From positions 160,001 to 224,000 of the forward strand of contig OZ252239.1 of assembly GCA_965249485.1 (NCBI GenBank): a DNA stretch of 64,000 nt, read 5' to 3'. Position numbers and translations under genes: made by a program. Below the pieces are notes generated by a model. It was not told the DNA's origin. It saw only the letters and a list, made by a program, of their open reading frames with translations, and searched no databases. Source of the DNA: a bacterium (GTDB lineage: Bacteria > SM23-31). Shown here one piece after another: positions 30,566 through 41,304 of the stretch (position 1 is the stretch's first letter; every line of letters begins with the position of its first letter).

Positions 30566-32155
30566 TTATCGCCCTTTCCCAATGATATATCCTTCACGCC
30601 GATACCTGTCCCACGGCACGGGTGTAATACGGGGAAGTTTTTCATCGCGCATGGCAGCATGATACACAAAGGTTGCCATGACCACCGATGCCTGCATCAT
30701 GTTTTCCGGAACAAGTCGATCATAGACATCCATATTGGAATGGTAGGCCCGTCTTTCCATTCTGTCCTTAATAAAATCAAAACCCGGTAGTCCGAGCTCA
30801 ATGAATGCACGAGATTCGCCATTTGATACTTGTGGGATGATATGTGTCATCCCCAGGTTGTGCAGCGGCTTCATCCATTCGGTAAATATGGACCGAATCT
30901 CTTCATTTTCCATATTGTTAACACCCCGTATCTTTCCTTGCCCATCCACATTAAAATACCCACAAAAGTTCGCATGTTCAGGTTTGTATTTCTGTGTCAT
31001 CACGTCACCAAAGTGGTCATGTACGTAATTCCGGGAACCAAAATTGCCTATTTCGTGTCCACCCCAGAGAGCAACACGAATGGTGCGCCGGGGTCTGATC
31101 CCGATTGCCTTGAGGATGCGAACAGCTTCCATAGAAACAACTGCACCGAAAGCATCATCTGCCGCACCGGTACCTGCAGGATTAGCCTGAAGATGACCGC
31201 CTAACATAACTATTTCATGTGCCAGGTCTGTACCCAGAATCTCAGCAACGACATTATGATCATTGGGATTGTCTCTGAAAAAGGTCATCTTGAGTTCAAC
31301 TTCCATCTCAACAGGAATGTCTTTCTCCAAAATTCGCATGATCCGGTTATACTGTTCCGCAGCTATAACCAACTCTGTGTGAATAGGAGGAACATTATTT
31401 TCCCAAGGTCTCATTTCTGTTTCATATGCGGTATTCTCGACAGCAACGGTTCCAAAATCATTCCGCCCGTCCGTGCGTACAATTGCCGCGGCACCCTCAC
31501 CAAACACAAAATCGATAATCTCCTGCCTCGATATTCTGTCTTCACTGGGCATAGGTCTACTGCTCTCCACAGAGACCCGGGAACCAATGTGGATTTTCGC
31601 CATTTCATCGAGCTGCTCCTTCGTGTATCGCTCTGCCATTGGTTCGAAATGGGGTGTGATTTTCTGTTTCGGTCTCGTGAATATGATAGCTTTCCGTAAC
31701 TTTCCCCGGTATTGTCTCAGATCCATCTCCGAAGTAATTTCATCAAAATTGATGTAAATGACCTGCCCTCGGACCTTTCCATCGGTACCGGCTGACCAAT
31801 TCGCAGGATACGCAATGATCGGCATATACTGAGGAGACATCATGTGGACAGACGTATATTCATTCATGTAGCCGAATCCTAACTCGTATGGTTCCAGAGC
31901 AGCGTTCGAGAGACCATACTCTTCTAATTTCCCTTTAGCCCATTCTGCGGCGGCAATATATGAAGGCGTATTTACATTTCGCGGTCCAAAAACATCGCAC
32001 AGCCAGCTGGCATTCTCCATAACGTGAGAATTTTCAAATGCTTCTTCCATGATCTTATCCACAACATCCCAGTAGACCGGTTCCTGTGCATGTCCGGAAG
32101 ATACTCCTAAAAACAGCATAAATAAACCGAACATAAAAACATGCTTTGCTTTCAT
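30566..32155 (-). CDS. Secreted M28 (carboxypeptidase Q-like) protein, copy 1
   Basis: NVVAEILG, GGHLQ, GAADD, PRRTIRVALW, YHSNMDVYD. Confidence 0.85.
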   Translation of the reverse strand: MKAKHVFMFGLFMLFLGVSSGHAQEPVYWDVVDKIMEEAFENSHVMENASWLCDVFGPRNVNTPSYIAAAEWAKGKLEEYGLSNAALEPYELGFGYMNEYTSVHMMSPQYMPIIAYPANWSAGTDGKVRGQVIYINFDEITSEMDLRQYRGKLRKAIIFTRPKQKITPHFEPMAERYTKEQLDEMAKIHIGSRVSVESSRPMPSEDRISRQEIIDFVFGEGAAAIVRTDGRNDFGTVAVENTAYETEMRPWENNVPPIHTELVIAAEQYNRIMRILEKDIPVEMEVELKMTFFRDNPNDHNVVAEILGTDLAHEIVMLGGHLQANPAGTGAADDAFGAVVSMEAVRILKAIGIRPRRTIRVALWGGHEIGNFGSRNYVHDHFGDVMTQKYKPEHANFCGYFNVDGQGKIRGVNNMENEEIRSIFTEWMKPLHNLGMTHIIPQVSNGESRAFIELGLPGFDFIKDRMERRAYHSNMDVYDRLVPENMMQASVVMATFVYHAAMRDEKLPRITPVPWDRYRREGYIIGKGR

Positions 32156-32268
32156 AATACACCTCCTGAAAAAGTTTAATCTGATATTCCCTATATCAAT
32201 CTTCTGAAGAGAATAACGTTTTATAATCTATACAAGATAACATAAAGTCTCCCAGTCAGGCACTATAG

Positions 32269-33705
32269 TTACTTAACAACATGCCACTTGACATTTGCTC
32301 TACTAAGATAGTCAAATCCATTATCTGTAAACATTCCGAGTTGTTCGATCCCAAATGACAAACCGTTTTCACCCCATCCCGGAACAGCAAAAGTAAAATT
32401 CGGTTCGTGCGAATAGAGCGTATTATAATGGAGTGTGAGAGCAGGGGAAAGAAGGGGGTGCTGCATGTACCCGGTACCTATTCCCACAACGTACGTCCCC
32501 CGGGAAAACTGTAAATCATTCACAGTAAACCGCCTTATAAAATTTGGCGGGGGATGAAAACCGAATCTGGCTCTGATTATACGCGAATCAGGCGGCATAA
32601 TCTTATTACCGGCGTCACGGATCTCTTGTGCGGTTCGGCCTGCTACATATGCTTTTCTGTATGCATCCAGCATCTCGTTCATAAGCCGCAACACTTCTTT
32701 CAAATCTTCTGGAACATCTGTCTCATCCTCCTGGAGTACATACGCAAACTGTTGAGAATCGGTTTCAAGACCGAGCAGCATGATATCAGAATCTAAACCA
32801 ACAATGTCACCGCGTCTGATAATTACATTGTCGCCACGGGTCCTCCCATTTCGAAAATATTCAGAAGAGTCATCATATTCGGCGATCTTCGACGGCCTTC
32901 TCCAGATGTCTACACCTGGATTGTTATCTATATCTAAATGAAGATCACGATACCTGTGCCGTATCCACCAATTCACGTCATCGGTTGTCGTATGGTTGGG
33001 TATGATCACCTTGTTTGAAAAGGCTTCAGCAATAACGTCATTTTGGACTCCCTGGACATAACGGTACATACTAATTTGCTTCGGGCCCATAATTGTAAGC
33101 CATAGAATACCAAGTTCCCACGAATCAACAGTACGGGAAGCATATTTACTTCCCAGAGCCTGCTGCATTTCATCACCCGTTACTATAGTTAATTGTGATG
33201 TGTCGCCAAAATTTCGTCGTCGAATATAGAGGTTCTTTATGCTGATTGCGATCTTTTTGGGATCCCGTTCCCGTACCAATCGGGTTATATGATCATAATT
33301 CTCCGGCTCAACATATTCAATTTCAGTACCCGTATCGTAAAAAAGGAGGAATTCGGGCAATCCGGATAGTTTACCCTGATAGTTACTCGGAAATACCTGT
33401 CCCTCATGGTTTGCCGGAAGTAATGATGTGTAAACCGGATGTTCCCTATACGACGTCTGCCGGTAAAGCGGTTCTTCATCATTTCGGATGATCCACATGT
33501 CCACTCCTCGTTCACGCATTATCATCGGAAGTACGTTCTCTTTTTTCCAGTCCCAAAACTTTTGCATGATCCGGACACGTTCCCGCATCGGGATAAAATT
33601 TGCCGCATCATCGCCCGAGCCCGATTTAGGTACCTGAGCAAAAGAACCGCTGACCGTTACAAGGAAAAACACTAATACTATCCATAAAAAGCATTTCGTC
33701 TTCAT
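32269..33705 (-). CDS. Secreted M24-fold protein, paralogue 7
   Basis: LPMIMRERGVDMWII; GDIVGLD...ETDSQQFAYVL keeps both Asp ligands. Confidence 0.75.
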   Translation of the reverse strand: MKTKCFLWIVLVFFLVTVSGSFAQVPKSGSGDDAANFIPMRERVRIMQKFWDWKKENVLPMIMRERGVDMWIIRNDEEPLYRQTSYREHPVYTSLLPANHEGQVFPSNYQGKLSGLPEFLLFYDTGTEIEYVEPENYDHITRLVRERDPKKIAISIKNLYIRRRNFGDTSQLTIVTGDEMQQALGSKYASRTVDSWELGILWLTIMGPKQISMYRYVQGVQNDVIAEAFSNKVIIPNHTTTDDVNWWIRHRYRDLHLDIDNNPGVDIWRRPSKIAEYDDSSEYFRNGRTRGDNVIIRRGDIVGLDSDIMLLGLETDSQQFAYVLQEDETDVPEDLKEVLRLMNEMLDAYRKAYVAGRTAQEIRDAGNKIMPPDSRIIRARFGFHPPPNFIRRFTVNDLQFSRGTYVVGIGTGYMQHPLLSPALTLHYNTLYSHEPNFTFAVPGWGENGLSFGIEQLGMFTDNGFDYLSRANVKWHVVK

Positions 33706-33965
33706 GGCATTTCTCCGTACTCTAATAGGATTAACAGTTCAAAGGATATTCCCATATCAATCTTCCACAATAGAATATATGAGAAATCCATTGATTATTG
33801 ATACTATGTTGACACGTAATTCTACTATGGCACCTGTTTCGAACCAGTCTTCATCTAAGCAGTTAATGATGTCATTAATGCGGGTTGTCAGAGCCTTTTA
33901 GACACCTCGGATTAAATAGTAAGAGACAAAATACACCACACTCTGAAATCTGTCGTTACCTGTCA

Positions 33966-35611
33966 TTACCACAATTTCTTTATCTCGTCGTCATAACCGG
34001 TCATCTCCCACCTTGTGAGCGACATGGGAATCATTCCGGCTGCCAGAAACTCATCGATAAACTCCTTGAGGTTAAAATCATCTCCCAGCTGCATCGCCCG
34101 ATCAGTGAATAGCTTCATGAATTGGGCCGTACCGACAACAGAACCTGCTGTATGCCAACCCGGAGAACGCAGGTTTGTTTGCTGTTCATACCACACGTTT
34201 CTATCATCTTCATGTGTCCAGCCATTCGGCATTAACTCGGCATTCAACCGTCTTGCCTCTGTATAGGTTATCTCGTTGCTGTGCATTTTTAGATCAGGAA
34301 GTGCAAGAGCCATGTGCGAAGCGTTCATGAGATGTTGAACTTCTCTTCCCCTTCGTGGTCGATTATCAAGAACTCCTGCCTCCATTAACAGTTCTTCAAG
34401 ACTGCATGCCCATCCCTCATCACGAATGAAACCCATATTGTACAGGCGTCGTACCCCGCGGATCGGACGGTCATCACGCTCTAACCTCCGGTTGTCGAAA
34501 AGATGGCCGATAAACTCATGAGTCTCACCAGGAAGTACTTCGTGCTCCCGTGCTCTTGTGTCGATGGTAGGTGGTGATGGCCGAGGCCCTCTCGGTTCAT
34601 TCGGATCGCTGTAGTCTGAGGCATGGAGCCAGTCAGGGACTGTTAAAATTTCTTCTTCACGAAGAAAATCAAGAACAAAATTAAGAGCTATATCAAGACG
34701 ACGGTAATATTCCTCATCGGTATCTGCCACCTCAAGCTCGGGAAGATTACGGTTTCTGTTTTCCTCTAATTTCAAAAAGGTCACCACTCGATTGTATTTG
34801 TGCTCTACGATGGTACGGCATTCTTCCCATGTGTAGGGAAAGAGATGAACGTTTTTCAGCCACCAGTTGTAGTTCTCTATACCAATACCGGCAGGGGCCG
34901 TCATCTGGCTCTTGTTATCCTCGAGCCAATTTCCATAGTTTACTACTGCATCTGCGGCCCTTTCCGCATCGGGAACCAGTTCCGGGTGATGTTCTGCAAG
35001 CTGTGACGCAAGGTTGTGGTAGATGGATGCCTCTCTCTCATAATAATAAATGGCAAGCATCGCGAGATCCCCGGGAACATCTCTTAGATTTCCTCGGGCC
35101 TGCGCATAAATTTCCGGAATTGCCTGTAATTTCTTTTTAAAGTCCTGCAAGCGGTCTTCGGACAAAGGGAGTCTGGGGCGCCTGAGACCAGATAAACCGG
35201 TCATCCTGAATACAGAACCACCCTGGCCAGGAAGATAAAAGAGGGGATCACGGGACCAGGGACGGAGTACCCGGTGAAAGAAATCGAGCCCGTTCATCTC
35301 AGCACGGACCAAATGGTAATCGACCTGCTGTGAGACCGGCCACTCTTGTATATCAATCGCAGCCAGACGTCTTTGAAATGTCTTTAAACCACGATTCTGC
35401 TCTTCCATAGCGGCAGCCGTGTAATCAGGCACACCGTTAATGATCATTATCTGCTGAAATTCACGAAATTCGTTAAACAGGCTGACAAGATTGTCATAAT
35501 CGCTGCTTCCCGACACCTCGGCTTCTTCGCCCTTCGGAGCACAGAAGCAAATGCGACTACCGTAAAAAATACGAATGTGATAGCAAAACGGTTTTGTTTA
35601 AGTTTAAACAT
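33966..35611 (-). pseudogene. DUF885-like lipoprotein with a 1-nt frameshift in the signal peptide
   Basis: QQVDYHLVRAEMNG, HEFIGH, EGWA, LKEFIDEFLAAG; ATG at 35611 is out of frame, shift near 35550. Confidence 0.7.
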
Positions 35612-35872
35612 AATATGAACTCCCTTTCGCTTGATTATTATGAACTAATCCTTGATAACTATTATTATAAAAAAATGATGAATTCAAATCCTAGACTTTT
35701 CCAATAATTCCTGCGCAAATCCTACCAATAGTATCTATAAACTCCACCATAAGCGGATCTTCAAACACCTTATGATTCGCATTGACCACCCGAACCATTT
35801 GTCCACATTGAATTGATCTCTGATAATTGATACCTATATCCTTAATGCTGCTTGGGATTAATAATTACCTTA

Positions 35873-37462
35873 TTACCACGGCAAAGGAGCGACTCGTGGG
35901 AGTTTTTCATCACGCATTGCCACATGATAGACAAACGCTGCAAGGATGACTACATTGGTCATCGTGTTTTCAGGAACAAGACGGTCAAACATATCCATGT
36001 TAGTATGAGCATTCGTTTCCATATCTAATCTATCCTGATAAAAATAAAAGCCCGGCAGCCCAACTTCAGCATACGCATCATGGTAGCCCATATTACCACC
36101 GATAGACATTCCGCCCGGAATCAGATGTGTCATTCCCAGGCTATGTAACGGTTTCATCCACTCGGTAAAAATTGACCGAATCTCTTCATTGCCCATGACA
36201 GAAACAGCCCGTATCTTACCGGTACCATGATCCGCATTAAAGTATGCAGATAGATTATGATAATCCTTTCTGTATTCCTTTGTCGTCGGATCGGCAAAGT
36301 TTTTCCGGACATGACCTCGGTTACCTGCTAATCCTGCTCCATCATGTCCACCCCAAAGACCCATCCGAACAGTCCGACGGGGTTGAAGGCCTAATTTTTT
36401 AAAAATGCGTGCAACCTCCATTGCAGTCGCTGCACCGACTGCGTTATCAGTCGCACCGGTACCCACAGGTACAGATTGAAGATGACCGCCGAATACAACA
36501 ATTTCATGCGCCAGATCAGTGCCCGGAATTTCAGCAACAACATTATGGTCATTCGGATCAACTCTGAAAAAGTTTGTTTTGATTTCGATCTCCATTTCGA
36601 CCGGAATGTCCTTATTCAATATTCGAATGATCCGGTTATATTGTTCAACTGCCACAACAAGCTCCGTAGGCTGGGGGGGAGCACCCTCTTTCCACAGTCC
36701 TGATGCTCTATCGTATCTGTTGACTGCAACGGTTCCGAAGTCATGTCGGCCGTCCGGGTGTGCAATTGCAGCAGCACCTTCGGCAAATACAAAATCGATA
36801 ATCTGCTGGCTCGTAAGTCTGCTTTCACTGGGATTGGGTCTCGACCGCTCCTGTCGGCGCAAATACAAATCCAAAACTGAGACTTTGGGAGCTATTGGAA
36901 TTATCGCCATCTCGTCAAGCTGCTCTTCCGTGAATTTCGTCGCAATAGGTTCAAAATGGGGTGAGAGTTTCTGTTCTGGCTTTATGAAAATGATAGCATT
37001 TCGTAGTTTTCCCCGGTATTGCCTCAGGTCTGCTTCTGTAGCGAGTTCGTCAAAATTCATATAAATAGCATGTGCCCGGATCTTTCCATCTGTTCCGGAT
37101 GACCATGGTGCGGGATAGGCAATAACCGGCATATATTGGGGAGCCATCATGTGTACCGATGTGTATCCAATATTCCAACCGGCACCGAATTCATACGGTT
37201 CAAGCCTGGCATTTGTGAGGCCATATTTCTTGAGCCGGTCTCTCGCCCATTCTGCAGCAGCACGATACGATGGCGTCTTTACATTTCGCGGCCCAAATAC
37301 ATCTGCCAGCCAACTGACATTCTCCATGACCTGGGAATTTTCAAACGCCTCTTCCATGATCTCCTCAACAACTTCCCAGTAGATCGGTTCCTGTGCCGGT
37401 GCAGAAGAAACAAGCACAATCAATATCAGTAAACCAACCATACAAATACATTTAGCTTTCAT
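35873..37462 (-). CDS. Secreted M28 protein, paralogue
   Basis: GGHLQ, GATDN, AHTNMD; clearly similar to 30566-32155. Confidence 0.85.
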   Translation of the reverse strand: MKAKCICMVGLLILIVLVSSAPAQEPIYWEVVEEIMEEAFENSQVMENVSWLADVFGPRNVKTPSYRAAAEWARDRLKKYGLTNARLEPYEFGAGWNIGYTSVHMMAPQYMPVIAYPAPWSSGTDGKIRAHAIYMNFDELATEADLRQYRGKLRNAIIFIKPEQKLSPHFEPIATKFTEEQLDEMAIIPIAPKVSVLDLYLRRQERSRPNPSESRLTSQQIIDFVFAEGAAAIAHPDGRHDFGTVAVNRYDRASGLWKEGAPPQPTELVVAVEQYNRIIRILNKDIPVEMEIEIKTNFFRVDPNDHNVVAEIPGTDLAHEIVVFGGHLQSVPVGTGATDNAVGAATAMEVARIFKKLGLQPRRTVRMGLWGGHDGAGLAGNRGHVRKNFADPTTKEYRKDYHNLSAYFNADHGTGKIRAVSVMGNEEIRSIFTEWMKPLHSLGMTHLIPGGMSIGGNMGYHDAYAEVGLPGFYFYQDRLDMETNAHTNMDMFDRLVPENTMTNVVILAAFVYHVAMRDEKLPRVAPLPW

Positions 37463-37482
37463 TGTGTAGCTCCTGATAAAAG

Positions 37483-37585
37483 TTTACGTTGTCAAAACAA
37501 TTTAGATACTATTATATAAATCGTAAGGTATGCATATCGTTTTTATAAGTGATTTCTGCTCTTCGGGTTGTACGATTTTCGAACC
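37483..37585 (+). repeat. Composite module, copy 10 (core 37559-37585)
   Basis: TTTACGTTGTCAAAACA, then CTCTTCGGGTTGTACGATTTTCGAACC 76 bp later. Confidence 0.9.
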
Positions 37586-37646
37586 ATTAGATTTGCATTG
37601 AGCCGTTATTGATTGTACATTGTCAGAACAATGATAATAGAAATCA

Positions 37647-40391
37647 TTAATCATACCAGTGGTCCTGAAGAATAACCGCCTTTCGTGTCAATTCCCGACC
37701 GTTAACGGTGAGGGCAATGGTATACTCACCAGGTCGAACCGGAACAGCAATGATATTTGGACCTCCGCCAGACGCACGATTGTAAGAAACACTATCATAA
37801 TCATGTGAGATTTCTTCTTGATCCACATAAAAATTACGTTGATTCCGGCCCCGTTGCCATTGGGCAATTTCATCTTCAGATCGTTCTCTCAATTTTGACA
37901 TATTCCATTCCACACTATTTATACCCTGATAGTTTGTACCTGTTATTTCGTTAATCACTCTTGTACCCTGGTAAATACTTATTTTCACTTCGCCATTTAC
38001 CTTGGTTTTCAAATAATAGTTAACCACTATGCCATAGGGCTCATTCGGTCCGGCAAAGTTTTGCGCACTGACAACTTTTTGGCTTGGGATCACCCATTGT
38101 ACTTTTGGTTCGATATTAAATAGATGAATATCTTGTTCAAGGATACTCCCGGTTAATTCCTGTAAAGGAGAAATATCGGTAATGAAAAACCCTCTACCGT
38201 GCGTTCCTACCACAATGTCGTTCTCGCGAGGATGAATGACGAGGTCATGTACCGGTTGAGTCGGCATTTTGTTTTTCATTTTTGTCCAGTTCTTGCCGCC
38301 GTCAATAGTAACGTAAACAGCTTTATCGGTTCCTAAAAAGAGCAGATTTGGGTTTTTACGGTCTTCTCTAATAACGTTAACCGGTTCATTTGGTAGGCTA
38401 TTTACTATGGATGTCCATGTTTTTCCAAAATCTGTGGTTCTATACACAAATGGCCTGAAATCATCTCTCCGGCGTCCCGTGTATGTAACGTAGGCAGTCC
38501 CTGCTTCATGATGCGAAGCGATGACCCTGCTTACCCAGTATCTTGGATTGCCGATTATACGATCATTCAGTTTTATCCATGTTTTGCCGCTGTCTCTAGT
38601 AAGTTGAACATTACCATCATCGGTGCCTACCCAAAGAACCCCTTGCGTTACCGGAGACTCGTCAATCGTTGTAATTGTGCAGTAATGAGCGTTGTCAAAG
38701 TCTCCAATTTTAACCGGATCATTCGTCGTGAGATCGGGGCTTACCTCTGTCCATTTTTCACCCCTGAAATCGGAGCGAAGCAGGATATTTGCACCGTGAT
38801 AAATGACATTACTATTATGCGGCGAGATCAGGATAGGGGAGTTCCAGTTGAATCGAAGGCTGCGGTCTTTTGCTAAATAAGCAAACAATTCGCCTCCTTT
38901 ATACCGTATTCTCTTACTGCTCCCGGTCTTTTGATCTCTTCTCTGAATATTGCCCCATTGAGACTCGTTATACAACCAACGGCTATCAGTAGGATCTACC
39001 AGATTGTAAGACCCATCCCCACCGCCAACTTCCTCTCCCAATCTTCGAACCGAATGGGAGTGGCGCCTTTCTTTGTGCTCGGCCCCTTCCATGATCCATT
39101 ATCCTGTGTCCCTCCATAAACATTGTAAGGGTAGTCCATATCTACACCAATGGCATTCAACTGGGCCAAAGGAAGGTTGTCGGGATGGTACCAATTTTCA
39201 CCGTCATCGTATGTAATTGCAAATCCATGATCATTGCCCAAAAGTACATGGCCGGAATCGTGCGGATCAATCCATAATGCATGATAATCACTTTCATACA
39301 TCAAGCCCAATCCCCATGATTTTCCACCATCAGTAGATTCTTGTATGCTTCTTCTAATCACATGAATGCGATTCTCATCATTCGGATCAATTCTAATCTG
39401 ACCATAGTAAGAACCACCACCAATGATCTCTCCTGCCGGACTAACCTGCCTCCATGCAGCACCTGCATTATCAGTGCGGAATACTTTGCTGATATTTGTA
39501 TTGTCAAATCTTCCGCGACGATGTGTGCCATCGGATAGTATAGCATAGAGGATGTCAGGATTTTTGGAGAAAATAGCGAGGCCGATTCTTCCTGTTTTAT
39601 CTGCCGGTAAACCATTTTGGAGTCTTGTCCATGATTTGCCGCTATTTTGTAGTCTTGTAAATTCCACTACCCATTCCACTTTGAATGTATTTCCATGGTC
39701 TTCGTGTTCTGTCCCAGCTTGCCGCAAAGAGTGTATTAGAGTCTTGAGGATCCATTACCACGTCTACCACACCAACATTGTTATCATCAATTGTCACCTC
39801 AAGTGCCCTGGTCCATGATTTACCGCCATCAATTGTTTTATACAATCCCCGTTCCTGATTTTCAGAATAAAAGTGACCGAGGGCGGCAACATATACAATA
39901 TTGGGATTTTTCGGATGGATGATAATGCGGCCGATATGAAAAGAATCCTTTAATCCCATATTTTTCCATGTTATCCCTCCATCGGTAGATTTGTACACAC
40001 CATCACCCCGGTATGGGATCCCGGGGTCACTACTACTGCCATTGGGTTCACCGGTGCCTACCCAGACTGTGTTTGGATCAGATTGGGATACCGCAATGTC
40101 ACCAATAGATATTACATTCTCATTATCAAATACAGGCTCAAAAGAATGACCGTTATTAATAGTTTTCCACAATCCACCTGTTGCTGTTGCGACATAAAAA
40201 GTATACGGTTCCTGTACGGGCACGGCAAAATCGACTACTCTGCCGCCTTGACGAGTCGGGCCGATCGAGCGGTAATTGAAGTGTTTTAAAAAATCTTGAG
40301 AAAGCTGCTGTCCAAAAATATCAGAAGCGACTAAGAGGTAATATGGTAACACTACAATGGCAAAAAGTTGGATTATTTTTTTAAGTGTCAA
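37647..40391 (-). pseudogene. BNR/Asp-box (VPS10/sialidase-like) beta-propeller protein split by 2 frameshifts
   Basis: Three consecutive ORFs with S/TxDGGxxW repeats; shifts near 39645 and 39030. Confidence 0.85.
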
Positions 40392-40613
40392 AGCTCATAC
40401 TCCCGAGGTTACATTTAGATGGGAAAAAGTGCCGGTCGTCAAAACAAGTCAGACACTTATGGATAAATTCAAAGGTATTCTTTGATCTTTCACAAGTGTT
40501 TATTGCACATCCTCTAATAATAGTTATTAATTCAATGACGTGACATACTCATCAAGACTCGTTTGACTACTGCTACATTCCCTTTTTTGTAATTTTTTAA
40601 AAATTTCTCGAAT

Positions 40614-41057
40614 CTATTTTTCTGATAGTGACAATGTTGTCTTATATCGTATTTTTACGGATATGGCTAAATGGTAAATGTCTGAGTTTTTACCATAATC
40701 GAAAAGGAGCCTTTCGATAAAATACGCCAGGTAAATGCGTCCTGTCTCCTCGCCCATGTGCATGTTACCGTCCATCCACATTGCCGGTTTCGATTCGCCG
40801 TGTCCTGTGGTTTCGTTTGTTATCTCTATCACCATCATCTCTCGCCCCGCACCGGTTTTTCCGAGGATGTGGGTGCGGGCGATCTTCGGGTACTTCCGAG
40901 CCAGTTCTTGAAGACGAGCGTTTACCTCAGCATGCAACGGGTAAGGCCAGCGGCCGAAATCAAATGAAAAGCCGAGAATCGGCTCCGAATGTAATTGGCC
41001 GAACACGTCCACAGAAACAAACTGCAACAATAAAACAAAAGTCATTAGGTAACGCAA
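40614..41057 (-). pseudogene. Truncated M14 metallocarboxypeptidase
   Basis: KPAMWMDGNMHMGE; similarity ends at about residue 125. Confidence 0.75.
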
Positions 41058-41304
41058 TTGTAATCCTCCTTAAATTTCTTTAAAGAGACCTCCCGCCAGG
41101 AGGTTCAGCCTAGCGGGGAATTCTATGATTTTTTTATAATTTCAACAAAACAGTCTACCATTACTATTACCAATTGCACTTTTTTTGTCACAACCATAAA
41201 ACATAAAACTAATTATTACAAGTCATATCGGCGATATAAATTTCATAATGACCGCCAATCTTATACTCAACTCATTCATAATTAATAGCCACATCACCAT
41301 GTCG

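Noticed and set aside
2216..37585. CRISPR array from the 27-bp repeats
   Set aside because: Spacing is 0.8-13 kb with whole genes between copies; no cas genes
2216..37585. Classical attC or dif/pdif sites
   Set aside because: No RYYYAAC...GTTRRRY ends or long hairpin; no XerC/D 11-6-11 consensus
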